From assembly GCF_018350175.1 (NCBI RefSeq), contig NC_058368.1:226674001-226734000 (forward strand): a stretch of 60,000 nucleotides of DNA, read 5' to 3'. Below the pieces are notes generated by a model, which was not told the origin of the DNA, ran no database searches, and saw nothing but the letters and a program-made list of their open reading frames with translations. The DNA comes from Felis catus. Its lineage: Eukaryota. Positions within the stretch are counted from its first letter, which is position 1; every line of letters begins with the position of its first letter. A program made the translations under genes and the position numbers. Shown here piece by piece: positions 12,608 to 25,175 of the stretch.

Positions 12608-13450
12608 AAAAGTCATTTACACGTTTCCGGGAGAAAGGTTAAGTCACTACAGGTAGGTCACGAAAGGCAGGACATACAACGTTGGACAGTGCATGTCACA
12701 ACACTGGTGCCAAGGAACCTGTCCTATCTGATTCTCTTCCAGAGACTGCAGAAAAAGTAGTCCTCTGCTTCTTGAAATGCTTGAAATATCTATTCCTTTG
12801 CGATAAAACGGGTTTCTCAAAAACTTGCTTCTTGTACAAAATGTAACATTAGTGGGGTTGGAACTAGCATCTTGGTCCCAAAATTCACGTTCCCGTTTAC
12901 AAAGCCAAGGTCCTTCCTCTCCCCGAGTGTTTGCTCTGAGTCACGTCCCTTATAGCCACACCTCGCTCAGTGCAGCTCAGTGTGTTGAGTTCACCACATT
13001 GAATTAAATGGTTTACAGACATCCTTGGGGAAAATTACTCAACTATTGTTTGGTATTCCTAAGTTGGCTTGCCTAAATAAAACAAAAGAAGCCAGTGCCC
13101 CTCTGCCAACTGCACTTATAATTGAAATGTTAGTTGTTCCTTTTTACTATTTATGCTCAAGTTAAAAAAAAAAAAAAAAAAAAGCATACCAGAGCACAGG
13201 TTCTTGGAAACCTGCTCAATGTAAGTCTCAAACCCATCCAACTCTGTTTCGATACAATAGTAAACTTGGACCCCACACTCGCACTACAACATAAAAACGT
13301 CTACATCCTGAAGCATTTTACATCATCTTCAATCTATTTTCAATACAAGAAACAGAAGAGATGTGAATTTTCCAGGACAGACTGCTGTAAATGTCTGTTT
13401 CTCCTGTCTTCCATGTTTTTCTTCTTCCTATCCTTTAAAAACAACATCTT

Positions 13451-13680
13451 GGGGCGCCTGGGTGGCGCAGTCGGTTAAGCGTCCGACTTCAGCCAGGTCA
13501 CGATCTCGCGGTCCGTGGGTTCGAGCCCCGCGTCGGGCTCTGGGCTGATGGCTCAGAGCCTGGAGCCTGTTTCCGATTCTGTGTCTCCCTCTCTCTCTGC
13601 CCCTCCCCCGTTCATGCTCTGTCTCTCTCTGTCCCAAAAATAAATAAACGTTGAAAAAAAAAATTAAAAAAAAAAAAAAA
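13451..13680 (+). mobile_element. Young SINEC_Fc
   Basis: Near consensus, long A tail. Confidence 0.96.
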
Positions 13681-13702
13681 ACCAACGACATCTTTTTTGG
13701 CA

Positions 13703-14193
13703 TGTGTACTGCTTAATTTTACGTGCCAGTCTGACTGAATCCCAGGGTGCCCAGATACTTGGTCAAACATTATTCTGGATGTGAGAGTGAGCGTGTTTTC
13801 GGTGAGATTGCCATCTGAACTGGTAGACTAAATAAAGCAGATACCCTCTCTAAGGCGGGTGGGCCTCATCCCATCAGTTGAAGGCCAGAATAGAACAAAA
13901 AGGCTAGTAAGTAAGAGAGAAAACTCCACCTGCCTGACTCCTTGGGCTGGGATTCCATTCTTGGTCGACTCTGGACTTGAACTGAAACACTGGCTCTTAC
14001 ATAGTCTTGAGGCTGCCGGTATTCACTGGAACCCCACCGCTGCCCTCCCCCAGCTTCCCAACTACAGACCTTGGGACTCGCCAGCCTCCATAATTGTAGA
14101 AGCCAATATCTATATATACACACAGCTATATACAATACACACATATACACACCCTACTGGCTCTGTTTCTCTTGAGCAATGCTGACTAATACA
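13703..14193 (+). mobile_element. MLT2-type (ERVL) solo LTR
   Basis: tgtg...ttaattttacgtg start, gggcctcatcccatcagttgaaggcc core, ctgactaataca end. Confidence 0.8.
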
Positions 14194-14959
14194 ATATGGC
14201 ACACAGACACATGACCATGTTCCGGCCATTTCTCCTTTTACAGTGTTATAACCAAACCATGAGCTAGTTTCCCTGAATGAAGATGAAGGTTTTCTTCCAT
14301 TTGAATATTACCTTTACCCAGCTTCACATTTTTACAGTAAAAACGTGGTGTCATGTTAGAAACAGTCTAGGCTTCAATAAACATTTCCGTCATGGAAACT
14401 TGACGAACTTTTCTTAAGCACAAGCTGATCATATTTTTATGGCACGGAAAAATCATATCAGAAAGACAGGAAAATGCAGCCAACTGCCATTCACTTTAAT
14501 GGAAAAGATCATAGGCCTTTTTTTCTCCCTAAAATAGGAAAACCTACTATTTTTATTACCGTGATTTTAATAGCAGCATATTGGAAACATCTATAAATGC
14601 TTGGTTTTATTTGCTTTTCCAAAGTTGTATCTTTATTTCAAAAAGATACACACATACATACACACATACATCATAGCATTTTTCTTATGTTTTGAAAGAC
14701 TTAAAATGTTTTCTTTTTTTATGAAGGCCACATAAGCGTTACCAGGCTTTTTAATATCAGTGCTGTGCATCATCACTACGGGAGCCAGAAGAACAAACCT
14801 TGCGACATCTGAATGTATTTCAGGCATGTTGCGCACCGAGTTGCATTTTATCCATAAAACCCTCACTAAGCTGACTTCTGTGGGTTTAGTGTCAGAACCT
14901 TTCTGAAAGCCATTTGGAATCCTGGATCTTGGACCACATTCAAAGTAGGAGGAGAGAAA

Positions 14960-15045
14960 GGGTGCCCGCCAGGCTCCATTGGTAGAGTATGCAAATCTTG
15001 ATCTCTGGGTTGTAAGTGCAAGCCGGGCATACAGATCACTTAAAA
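14960..15045 (+). mobile_element. Short old carnivore SINE
   Basis: tRNA-like ggtagagtatgc...cttgatctctgggttgtaagt...cagatcacttaaaa. Confidence 0.6.
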
Positions 15046-15400
15046 GGAAAACAAAATAACAAAATAAACTAAGAGGAGAGAGGAAGAAAGTGACATGGTG
15101 GTTCACCAGTCAACTGAAATGGCAAACAAGGTATGTTTTCTTTATTAAAACTGTACTTCAGGTATTTTTCTCATTCATTTTGCATTTCTGGTTCTGATGT
15201 TGAGAGTAGACATCTATTTATTATTTATGCATTTAATAAATCTTATGAACACTGCCATTCACTTTCAGAATTTTCTTTGAGATAATCTAGTGAGGTGCAC
15301 TAAATATATCGTGTGTCTGCACACACACACACACACACACACAGATATTATTGACCTCATAACTGTCTAGTCTACTAGATTGAGGCTGAAAATTATTCTT

Positions 15401-15639
15401 ATTTTTTTTCTCCTTTTTTTAATTTAAATTCAAGTTAGTTAACATACAGTGTAGTCCTGGCTGCAGGAGTAGAACCCAGTGATTCATCTCTTACATATGA
15501 CACCCAGTGTTTATCCCAAAAAGTTCCCTCCTTAATGCCTGTCACCCATTTAGCCCATCCCCCCACTCACCCCTCCAGCAACCCTCAGTTTGTTTTCTGT
15601 ATTTAAGTATTTAAGAGTCTCTTATGGTTTGCCTCCCTC
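15401..15639 (-). mobile_element. Carnivore L1 3' end
   Basis: Reverse complement of gagggaggcaaaccataagagactcttaa...tgtatgttaactaacttgaatttaaa plus poly-A. Confidence 0.88.
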
Positions 15640-15672
15640 ACCAGAGTCAGAATTTAAGAATGGCTATTTATA

Positions 15673-15898
15673 GGGGTGCCTGAGTGGCTTAGTTGGTTAA
15701 GCGTCTGACTGTTGATTTCAGCTCAGGTCATGATCTCACAGTTTGTGAGTTCGAGCCCTGCATCAGACTCTGAGCTGACAGTGTGGAGTCGGCTTGGGAT
15801 TCTCTCTCTCTCTCTCTCTCTCTCTCCCCCTGTCTCTCAGCCCTTCCCCTGCACCCTCTCTAAATAAATAAATAACCCTTAAAAAAAAAGGAAAAAAA
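15673..15898 (+). mobile_element. Carnivore SINE
   Basis: TSD agaatggc[t/c]atttata. Confidence 0.92.
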
Positions 15899-16792
15899 AG
15901 AATGGCCATTTATACTGAAATAGCAAAAAAAACCACAAAAAACAAAAAACAAAACCCAACAACAACAACACAATCCACAACTGTTCTCTTGTTTTACATT
16001 AATATAACAAAAATGCACATTATAGTCTTTCTTATAATTCTTATTTATACCAAGAACCATTTATTAGGAAGAATAGTATATCCCAACTTTTAATAAAGAA
16101 AAGTTGGTTAGTAACTAAATGGTTCAATATACACTGGAAAGAATGAGGACAGAAAAAAATAAATAAAACACTCACAATTCATCTGTTAAATGTGCTAACC
16201 GGGATGAACGGTTGCCAATGACTACACTAAAAGAGACTTTATAAGAAATGAATTTATTTATTTTAAATGCTGGGACTGGACATTTCAAACATGATGAAAC
16301 AATCAGACACAGAGTGACTGGATGTAACCACCCATTTTTATATCAAATATTTAGAAAGCAAAGGCACGACGCTGGGGCTTGACATATTCCAAGAGTACTT
16401 CGGCCCAGAACTTCCTTTTATGAGGCATCAAGCCTTCCCAAGCCCAAATAATTCCCCAAGTACCTTAGATTCATTTTCCACAAGCAAGGAAGGATCAATT
16501 TTAAGGTGTAATGTTCTGCCTGCCAAAACATCAGCCGGACAGGAATGTTCAAAGGTGCAAGTTCAAGTAGAGACTCCTGATTCCATACAGGAGCCGGAGA
16601 ACACGCTCTTGAGGCAAGCTTCAGAAGCCAGGAGCACAGAGGAAAGGGGGGATGATGTCCTATAAAGAGAACTTGGCTTCTTCAAGGGTTGTTTCAAACA
16701 GGAGAGTGACAAATACTAGCAATAAACAGCTAGAAGCGACTTAACAGTGCTCGTTACTGCTAAAGAGGCTTTAGCAACTGTGCCGAACTCAC

Positions 16793-16873
16793 CAAATGTC
16801 CAAAGCCATTCTCTGAAGAATAGTTGAGCACAGGAAACAAATGGAAGGCTGCTTTCTGCTTTCCATGCAAGGT
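16793..16873 (-). CDS. Candidate 81-nt internal exon, frame unresolved
   Basis: Acceptor tgctctgctatttatgcatcag|ACC, consensus donor TTG|gtgagt, length divisible by 3, no stop in any frame. Confidence 0.5.
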
Positions 16874-17229
16874 CTGATGCATAAATAGCAGAGCACAATT
16901 TATAGGACGAAGTAGGTTTCAAGGATCAGTCCCTATTGTTCTGGTTTCTACAATGAAGTTCTATTTGGTCAAGCAAATGTTAGCCTACCTCTGTGTCGCA
17001 CACCATGCTGGGCTCTGAAGATGAGAAGATGAGTAAATCATTATCAATGAAAAACGCTTTGACATTTTTGTTTTTTTTTTACAAACTCCAGCAGTCCCAC
17101 CCCTAGGAATACATACCTCGGAAATACCTCTGTACCTCGGTGCCCAAAGACATAAAGCACTGTTCACAATGGCCTCAAAACAATCAGAATAGGTGAATAA
17201 TTTGTGCTATATTCTCTAATTATCCTTTT

Positions 17230-17500
17230 TAATGTTGAAAATCATCTCTGCATAGCCGGGTCCCCAGCCTCTCTCATGCCTTACTTTTATGCACAATAAT
17301 TATTAACATCTAATATATGAACATTAAGACAATTTGTGTTGTTTAGCATCTGTGTTTCTACCTGAAACTTAAGTTCCATGAGGGCAGGAATTTTTTTTTT
17401 TGAGAGCAAGGATTTTGATCTCGCTTTATTTACCACTACTTCTGTCCGCGCAGCCTAGAATGGCATCTGGCACGTGAAAGGAATTTGGTAATATATGTGG
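17230..17500 (+). mobile_element. L2 3' end remnant
   Basis: aagttccatgagggcagg...gcctagaatggcatctggcacgt. Confidence 0.6.
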
Positions 17501-18375
17501 AAAGGAGAGGGGAAGGGATACAGACAGGGAGAGAGAAGCAAAAGAAATTACAGAGGTAGAGAAGAATGGAGGGAGGAAGACAGGCAAGAAATTGCTAGAA
17601 ACACTGAAAATCAAAGAACTAAAGACAACCACCAGCTTAACGGGAGCAATTCTCATGACTATAATGCTGACTGGGGGGAAAAAAAACAAAACAAAACAAA
17701 AAAAACCGAGATGGAAAAGAATACATACAGGCTGATTCCATTTACTTTCGATTCCAAATAGGCAAAACTAATGTTACGATCCGTACGTAACTAGAAGAGC
17801 TGTAAAGAGAACAGCAAAGGTGTGGTACACACAAAATCTGATGCAGATACCTTGAGAGAGTGACGGAATTGCAGAGGGCGCAGGGAGGACTTGAAGCGTG
17901 TTGGAACACCGCATTCCTTAAGCTGGACTGTGAGTTTACACTTCATTATAAGTCCCCATACCTCATACATGTAGTGAACATGCTTATGAATTTCATAATG
18001 CATACAAAACAGCAAGTCACTTGGTCCTACTCTCTGGTGAGAAAGACCTGACGAGAGAAGAATCCAGAATCCAGCAGGACAGAGGCACAAGCATGGGCTG
18101 TGGAGCACCCAGGCGGCTGGTCCACCCAGAACCCCATGTGGTTCTAAATGCTTCCTTTCATAGTGGTAAAGGGATTGGTCTCTAATGGTCACGTGATTTA
18201 TATATTTTTAAACCTGTAGTTCATTGAAGAGCAGCCTCTTAAATAACTGTTAGTAGTATTTTAAAGAAATCCCACCCAGCTTCAACAGAATTTGGGAGGT
18301 AGAGGAACCAGAAAAAATACTTCACTGGGTATTATTAAGGTCATTTGGGTGGGTGCTATTAAGAATCAATTGCTA

Positions 18376-18590
18376 GGGCACCTGGGGGGCTCAGTCGGGT
18401 AAGCCTCCGACTTCAGCTCGGGTCATGATCTCATGGTTCGTGGGTTTGAGCCCCGCATCGGGCTCTGTGCTGACAGCACAGAGCCTGGAACCTGCTTGGG
18501 ATTCTGTGTCTTACTCTCTGCCCCCTGTGTTCGCTTGCTCTCTCTTTCTCTCTCAAAAATCAATAAACATTAAAAACAAATTTTAATAAA
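18376..18590 (+). mobile_element. Carnivore SINE
   Basis: TSD taagaatcaa[t/c]tgc. Confidence 0.92.
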
Positions 18591-18672
18591 TAAGAATCAA
18601 CTGCCTATAATTGCATGAACTAATTTGTTCTGCTATATGTTCACTGAGTATTTATTCAGAAACTAATACTGA

Positions 18673-18845
18673 GGGGCGCCTGGATGGTTTAGTCCGTTAG
18701 ACTCTTGACTTTGGCTCAGGTCATGATCTCCCAGTTCATGAGTTCGAGGCCCTACTTGGGATTCTGTCTCTCCCTCTCTCCGCCCCTCCCCTGCTTGCTC
18801 TCTATTTCTCTCTCAAAACCAAACAAAAATAAACTTAAAAAAATA
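18673..18845 (+). mobile_element. Carnivore SINE with internal deletion
   Basis: Head joined directly to the (CT)n region. Confidence 0.85.
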
Positions 18846-19899
18846 AACTATTAAGGAGTAGCAGTAATGTGCAAGGTATTGGCTAAGTACATGGGAAGGT
18901 ACAAACGTGGAAAACGTCACCAGCGAGCTCATATGCCAGTGTTAAGACATGTATTTAATGATCATAGCATATGTGTAGGTGTCAGGGATGTCCCCAAAAA
19001 ACAGAAAGGACTGTGCCTGTCGGGTTTTGCATGAAGTCACAAGAGGAAGTGAGCAGTTCATTCTTAGGGCAAGAAAAGAAACAATGTGCGTTGCTGAATG
19101 TTGCCTTGCCTTTCATTATTCACTGTAGGTTCTACTCCTTATCCTCAGCTTAATCATTCATGCCTCCAGGTCTTTTACTGCCAAAGCAGTATCAGCTATG
19201 TTGCAAATCTTGCAAATCTTTGCTCTAACTCCACTAATCTCTCTCTCTTTTTTCTTTTTGATTGACGTTTTGCTTCATCAAATTCTAGATGCATTTTGAA
19301 CAATTAGGAACTCGGCAAAAAATAACTTTTTTGTCCTCTGCTCAAGGGATGTGTGTAAAACTATCCCACAGAACAATGAAAGGGGTCTTCTATAAAAGAT
19401 TTCTGGGCCACTTTCAGTGACTATTACTTAGGGCAAGTCACTTAAGTTCCCCGATGCCACTGTCTCAGTTACAAATTAAGGAAGTTAAGACTACACGTCC
19501 AGGGACACTTATGTAACACAAATGCACGCACACACACCCGTATATGATACACGTACAGATGTAATTTCTATCACAGTGATATTTTTCATTGTCAACACCA
19601 TGACTCTTCAGTCTTCCAATGGTCACATGAATATAGGACCTCAGCCCTTTCACAGTCTCGCATTAGATTAAGTTGAACAGCACCCGGTTGAAGGGTTTCC
19701 AGTTGCTTTGGACATATGCCTTCTCTCAGCACTTCACGTCTTCTGGATGTGTCTTTAACTTGAATCTTTTATCTTCCTATACATTCTCCTTCCCCAAACA
19801 CAACTTCATATATGTTGCTTCATATATAGTGTCGGAACAAGCAAACATACAACTACTAGACCACCGCTACAACCGCTACTCACAATGACTCATGCGGAG

Positions 19900-20070
19900 G
19901 GAGCATTTATTAAGTGCCAGGCACTGTCCTCAATGTTTTACCTCTATTAGCTCATTTAATTCCCAGAACAACCCACGGGGCATTAAGTACCTTGTGGAGA
20001 TGTCATGGCCTGCGTGGAGGAATGTGAATCTCGATGGTCTAGCTCTAGGGTATATGTCCTAACCCAAGCC
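19900..20070 (-). mobile_element. MIR remnant
   Basis: gtgccaggcactgt...ctcatttaat...acaacc. Confidence 0.55.
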
Positions 20071-20711
20071 ACTGTTATAAATGCCAGAACTGTGGATGCT
20101 TTCCTACGCACACACACATACATTTGATTTGTGTCTGATACTGTAAAGGATACAAAAGCAGCCTCAGAAGAGAGAAGAAAATAATTCTCTCTGAAATAAA
20201 CCTGACTTGGACACCATTCAACGTGGGTTTAAATCCAAATACCCAAAGGGTCGCGTATGTGTGCCCTCACCTACAAGGAGGCGCTATTGCTTGGGTCCAA
20301 TTTAAAGTCTCCGGTTTATTTTTGGAATCCAGATTCTGGGAACAAGCTATTTCCATATTCAATCCCTTGGGCATAGCAAGCTGGGTACTTAGAAACCACA
20401 TATGCCATTTAGAGACAAACCCAGCCTGGCACCTACGTGGTGCCCTTGGCCAGCTCCCCTTGGCCAAGGGGAGCAATAAAAAACAGCAATAAAAAACAAG
20501 GCATGAGCCAGAATCCGTGCTCTGTGTTCTGAAGGGAAGTGAAGATTTATCCTCTTGGAAAGAGAAGGAAAAACCAACCCAGCCTCTTCTGGCTCCTGAA
20601 GGTTGCAGCTGAGGCTGGTGCTGTTAATAAGATGTTCACTCTGCAAAATAGCCCACTGGGAGGTTTTCTCCCTTTCTTTTCTTTTTTCACTTTTAGCAAA
20701 TCTTGGCAAAA

Positions 20712-20950
20712 ACACTTGCCATTTTAACCACTTTTAAGTGCCCAGTCTAGTGGCATTAATTACGTTCACAATGTTGTGCAACTATTTCCTGTATTTGTGG
20801 TCACCCCAAACAGAAGCTCTGTGCCCACAAACTCCCCATCTCTCCCTTCACCCCTCCCCGGACACCCCTAACCTATTTTCTGTCTCTCTGAAGTTACCTG
20901 TTCCAGCAACTTCATGAGAGTGGAATTATACAACATTTGTCCTTTGTGTC
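20712..20950 (-). mobile_element. Old L1 (L1MB-like) 3' end
   Basis: ccattttaaccacttttaagtg...gtggcattaattacgttcacaatgttgtgcaac. Confidence 0.75.
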
Positions 20951-21280
20951 ACAGGACGTTCAGGTTTTATGTTACTCTCTTCCTAGCACAATTTAACCGC
21001 AAGCATTACCCACCGGGTTACACACTGGCAAGAGCACAGGGAGAGCTGGGGTCCTGCCCAGAGCCACCCGGCTGCCTGTCTCTAAGCGGTCACCTTGTGC
21101 CATGGCCCCCCAGTTCCCTGCATTTCCAGCGACCCAACAGGAATAGCAGACCCAAACGGCTACTCCACCAAGCTGAAAGCCTCTCATGCATTTCTCCATC
21201 AATTACCTCTCCAGCCTGTGGGCCACACCACTCTGGACAGAGCATGCCCAACCCTTCTGTCCTTGGCACCAACAGAGCAG

Positions 21281-21763
21281 CTTAACAGAAGACCATGGGG
21301 GAGGGGAAGGGGGGGGAGAAAAAGTTAGAGAGGGAAGGAGGCAAACCATAAGAGACTCTTAAAAACTGAGAATAGGGGTGCCTGGGTGGCGCAGTCGGTT
21401 AAGCGTCCGACTTCAGCCAGGTCACGATCTCGCGGTCCATGAGTTCGAGCCCGGCGTCAGGCTCTGGGCTGATGGCTCGGAGCCTGGAGCCTGTTTCCAA
21501 TTCTGTGTCTCCCTCTCTCTCTGCCCCTCCCCCATTCACGCTCTGTCTCTCTCTGTCCCAAAAATAAATAAAAAATGTTGAAAAAAAATTTAAAAAAATA
21601 AAAAAAAAACTGAGAATAAACTGAGGGTTGATGGGGGGTGGGGGGGAGGGGAAGTGCGTGATGGGCACGGAGGCGGGCACCTGCTGGGATGAGCCCTGGG
21701 TGTTGTATGGTAACCAATGTGACAATAAATTTCATATTTAAAAAAATAATAATAAAAAAATAA
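21281..21763 (+). mobile_element. Felid L1 3' end interrupted by a SINE
   Basis: gaggcaaaccataagagactcttaaaaactgagaata...ctgagggttgatgggg...gacaataaatttcatatt plus A tail. Confidence 0.88.
21375..21604 (+). mobile_element. Young SINEC_Fc nested in L1
   Basis: Perfect 14-bp TSD aaaaactgagaata. Confidence 0.96.
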
Positions 21764-21914
21764 AGGAAGATGAAGTTCTTTTTTATGAAATGGTGCAATC
21801 AGGGTCATTCTAAGACCTTCATGTGCCTTACTTGTCTTACTTTCACAAGCGTTAAACCTCCAGTACATCAATTTAAGATAACCTACAGCTCACTTTAAAT
21901 ATAATTAGGCGGAT

Positions 21915-22080
21915 GGGGCGCCTGGGTGGCTTGGTCGGTTGAGCATCCGACTTCAGCTCAGGTCATGATCTCGCAGTCTGTGAGTTTAAGCCCCACGTCA
22001 GGCTCTGTGCTGACAGCTCAGAGCCTGGAGCCCGCTTTGGATTCTGTGTCTCCCTCTCTCTCTGCCCCTCTCCCACTTCT

Positions 22081-22114
<34 letters not shown>

Positions 22115-22138
22115 AAAAATAAATAAACATTTAAAAAA
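21915..22138 (+). mobile_element. Carnivore SINE
   Basis: Head, (CT)n and tail. Confidence 0.92.
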
Positions 22139-22778
22139 CTAAATGTAATTGGCAGAATTCTGAGTCGAATTGCATTAGAAGTTGCAATGGTACATCTCAA
22201 AGACAACTAAACCTTTACTAATTATAATGTTATCGTCTCATTTCCGCTTTTAACAAGTTTGTAGGGCTGAGGAACTAGGCCAATAAAACCTAATAAATAA
22301 AAAGTCCCCGCGCATGAATGACAAAATGCCGCATTTTAGGCAGAGTTAAGGATCTGGCCTCTTTAGCCACTTCTCATTTTGATTATTGGTTCTGGCTTTA
22401 AAACATCGCTTCGAAGGTGAAAAGAGTCGAGTCTCACGCGGCTCCAGCTCCAGACAGAAGGGATGCTGGCTCTTCCTTGATATCACGGAGGCTGGAAAAA
22501 TTCCAAAACGTGGTTCACGCCTACGCCTCACTTCCTTTCTGACTTGCCACAATAAAAGAGATACCGGGATGCTTCGCTCCTAACTTCTCAGGGATTTTTC
22601 GCAAACCAGGCAGTCATGAGAGCAGAAAGTGAACAGGAGTCTAAAAATCTGACTGGATGAGATGTAAAATCATTTTAGTCCAAGTATGCGGATACATGGA
22701 TGCCGTAGCAAAAAAAAAATAAATGTAAGATTTATTATTTTTCCTATTCTACTATCCTTGCTTCATCCCAATCCTGGC

Positions 22779-23229
22779 GTGAGGGTTGATTTTACGTGTC
22801 GACCTGACTTGCCACAGGATGTTCAGATACCTGGTTAAATGGTATTTCTGGGTGTGTCTGTGGGACCATTTCCAGCAGATATCGGCAAGTGGAATGCCAG
22901 GCTGAGCACAGAAGGTGGCCCTCCCCAGTGGGGGTGCTCACCCTGCAACTATTTGAGGGCTGGCATAGAACCAAAGGGTAAAGCTGGGACATCAGTCTTC
23001 TGCCCTCCGAAAGGCACTTTTACTCCTGGCTCTCCTGGTTCCCAGACTGAATTACACCGACATCTTTTCGTTCTCCAGTTTGCTGACTTCACGTCTTGGA
23101 ACTTCTCAGCCTCTATATTGTGTGAGCCAATTCTTCATCAGAAATTTCATTATACTCCATATCCTATTATAAAAATAAGGCATAATCTCCAGGTGCACTA
23201 GGGTTTTCCAAAGACACAGAAACAACAGG

Positions 23230-23272
<43 letters not shown>

Positions 23273-23370
23273 CTTAAAATTTGGGTAAAATATATTAACA
23301 AAATTTTCCATATATTGTGTGCACATATATATAAGCTTATTGGCTCTGCTTCTCTGGAGAACCCTAATAC
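22779..23370 (+). mobile_element. MLT2-type LTR with internal inverted duplication
   Basis: gttgattttacgtgtcgacctgac start; tctctggagaaccctaatac end; homologous to 13703-14193. Confidence 0.75.
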
Positions 23371-23393
23371 CCCTGGAGATTATACCTTATTTT
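23172..23393. repeat. Inverted repeat, ~56-bp arms (23172-23227 and 23338-23393)
   Basis: aaaataaggcataatctccagg... matches the reverse complement of ...cctggagattataccttatttt, about 45/56 identical. Confidence 0.85.
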
Positions 23394-23608
23394 CATCTCT
23401 AGTAAAAAAGGCATCTCTCTTTCTGTGGGAAGGGCCGTGGGTCCATCCATCTGTCCTTCTCTGCTAACCCATCTCCAATTTGATTCAAGTATCCGATAGA
23501 GAGCCTTTATCCCAGGGCTGTGACCGGCTCTGACCAATGAACCGTAAAGCAGGGAGGGGCCCGATTCTGGGAACAAGATTTTCTCCCCGATCCAAAAAGA
23601 GCACCAGT

Positions 23609-23833
23609 GGGGCACCTGGATGGCGCAGTCGGTTGAGCGTCCGACTTCAGCCAGGTCACGATCTCGCGGTCCGTGAGTTCGAGCCCCGCGTCGGGCTCTG
23701 GGCTGATGGCTCGGAGCCTGGAGCCTGTTTCGGATTCTGTGTCTCCCTCTCTCTCTGCCCCTCCCCCGTTCATGCTCTGTCTCTCTCTGTCCCAAAAATA
23801 AATAAATGTTGGAAAAAAAATTATAAAAAAAAA
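23609..23833 (+). mobile_element. Young SINEC_Fc
   Basis: TSD aaaaagagcacca. Confidence 0.95.
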
Positions 23834-24096
23834 AGAGCACCAAAAGAAATTTCCTTTCCCAGCTCTGCCTCCTGAACACAACATTGTGTGACAACAACTG
23901 TCTACGGGGAAGAACACAGAAGATCACAAAGAGGCCTATACCCTCAACCAGGCCATCGCTGGGGTGCTAAACCAAGTTCAGCTACTGCCCAACTGGGGAT
24001 GCTGAGAAGCTCCCCCAGATCAGTGCCCGTGGGATAAAGACCCCGCGAGTTAGACTGTCACTTGAGGCTGGAGATATCTTTAAAAAAAAAAAAGGA

Positions 24097-24290
24097 ACAC
24101 TTATTTATTTTTGAGACACAGAGCGTGAGCGGGGGAGAGGCAGAGAGAGAGGAAGACACAGAATCCGAAGCAGGCTCCAGGCTCCGAGCTGTCCGCACAG
24201 AGCCCAATGGGGGGCCCAAATCCATGAGCCATGAGATCGTGACCTGACCTGAAGTCGGATGCTTAACCAACCGAGCCACCCCCAGTGCCT
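24097..24290 (-). mobile_element. Carnivore SINE
   Basis: Reverse-complement SINE body. Confidence 0.9.
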
Positions 24291-24595
24291 CTAGGTTGAA
24301 GACATCTTAACCTCGATACAGCTGCCAACTTTGACTTCTGCTTCCCACGTGGTCCACGCCATTCGAGATCTGTCCTTGGGCTGTATCGCCAGGCCTACAA
24401 CATAAGCCTCTGATTTCTGAGCAACACAGGAGCCCTCTGTATCAAAAGTGACGACTTGGCTTTTCTGCTCTCGCCGGATGTTTTGTGTGTGTATGTGCAT
24501 ATGTGTGTTAACTTCAACAAGAACCAGTAAAAAGTCTGTTGATTACAAGGTAAATTTGAACGAATGGGAAAAAAACCGAGGAATGGCACCCTTAC

Positions 24596-24665
24596 GAGCC
24601 AGACTATGAGGAAACTATATTTTGGAAATGCCTTCATCGCCCAATCACTTTGAGGCATATCTATT
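24596..24665 (-). other. Possible 70-nt cassette exon
   Basis: Acceptor ttggcttgtttctgctag|AAT and donor CTC|gtaagg; one open frame (IDMPQSDWAMKAFPKYSFLIVWL). Confidence 0.2.
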
Positions 24666-25016
24666 CTAGCAGAAACAAGCCAACAACACTTGTTTTCACT
24701 GAGGATTACGTATTCCACAGTGTGAGTCCGGTTTTTTTTTTTTTTTTTTTTTTTTTTTTGGTTTTCTGGTCTTGTTTTGGTTTTTTGTTTTTGTTTCTGT
24801 TTTTGCCAAAAGCACTTAATTGATTGAACTCACCCTTCAAGAACACCACCCAGGCAGCAGATACTTTCATGTGTATTTGTTCATGGACCGACCCTGTAGA
24901 AAGAAATGTCACTGTTCTACAGATGGCCAAAGCGGGAAATACGTGACGTCGACCACGTCCCATGGCGGAAGTCTTACTCAGAGCAAAATGAAAATCAGGT
25001 CGCAGGAATTTTAAAC

Positions 25017-25175
25017 CGGTGCCCTTCCACCTGAATATGCCACAGATCAGCTGGGCAGCTGGGCACGTGCCAATTGGATCCTCTCCTTCTGGGATGGGGC
25101 CTGAGCATCCACATTTCTATCAAAGCTCTGGGTGAGGGTGACGCTGCTGGCCCGCCAAGCACATCTCAAGTATAC
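25017..25175 (+). mobile_element. MER5A-like DNA transposon remnant
   Basis: tctgggatggggcctgagcatccacatttcta...gctgctggccc. Confidence 0.55.

Noticed and set aside
14571..14590. tagcagca seed resembling miR-15/16
   Set aside because: The rest of the mature sequence and the hairpin are absent
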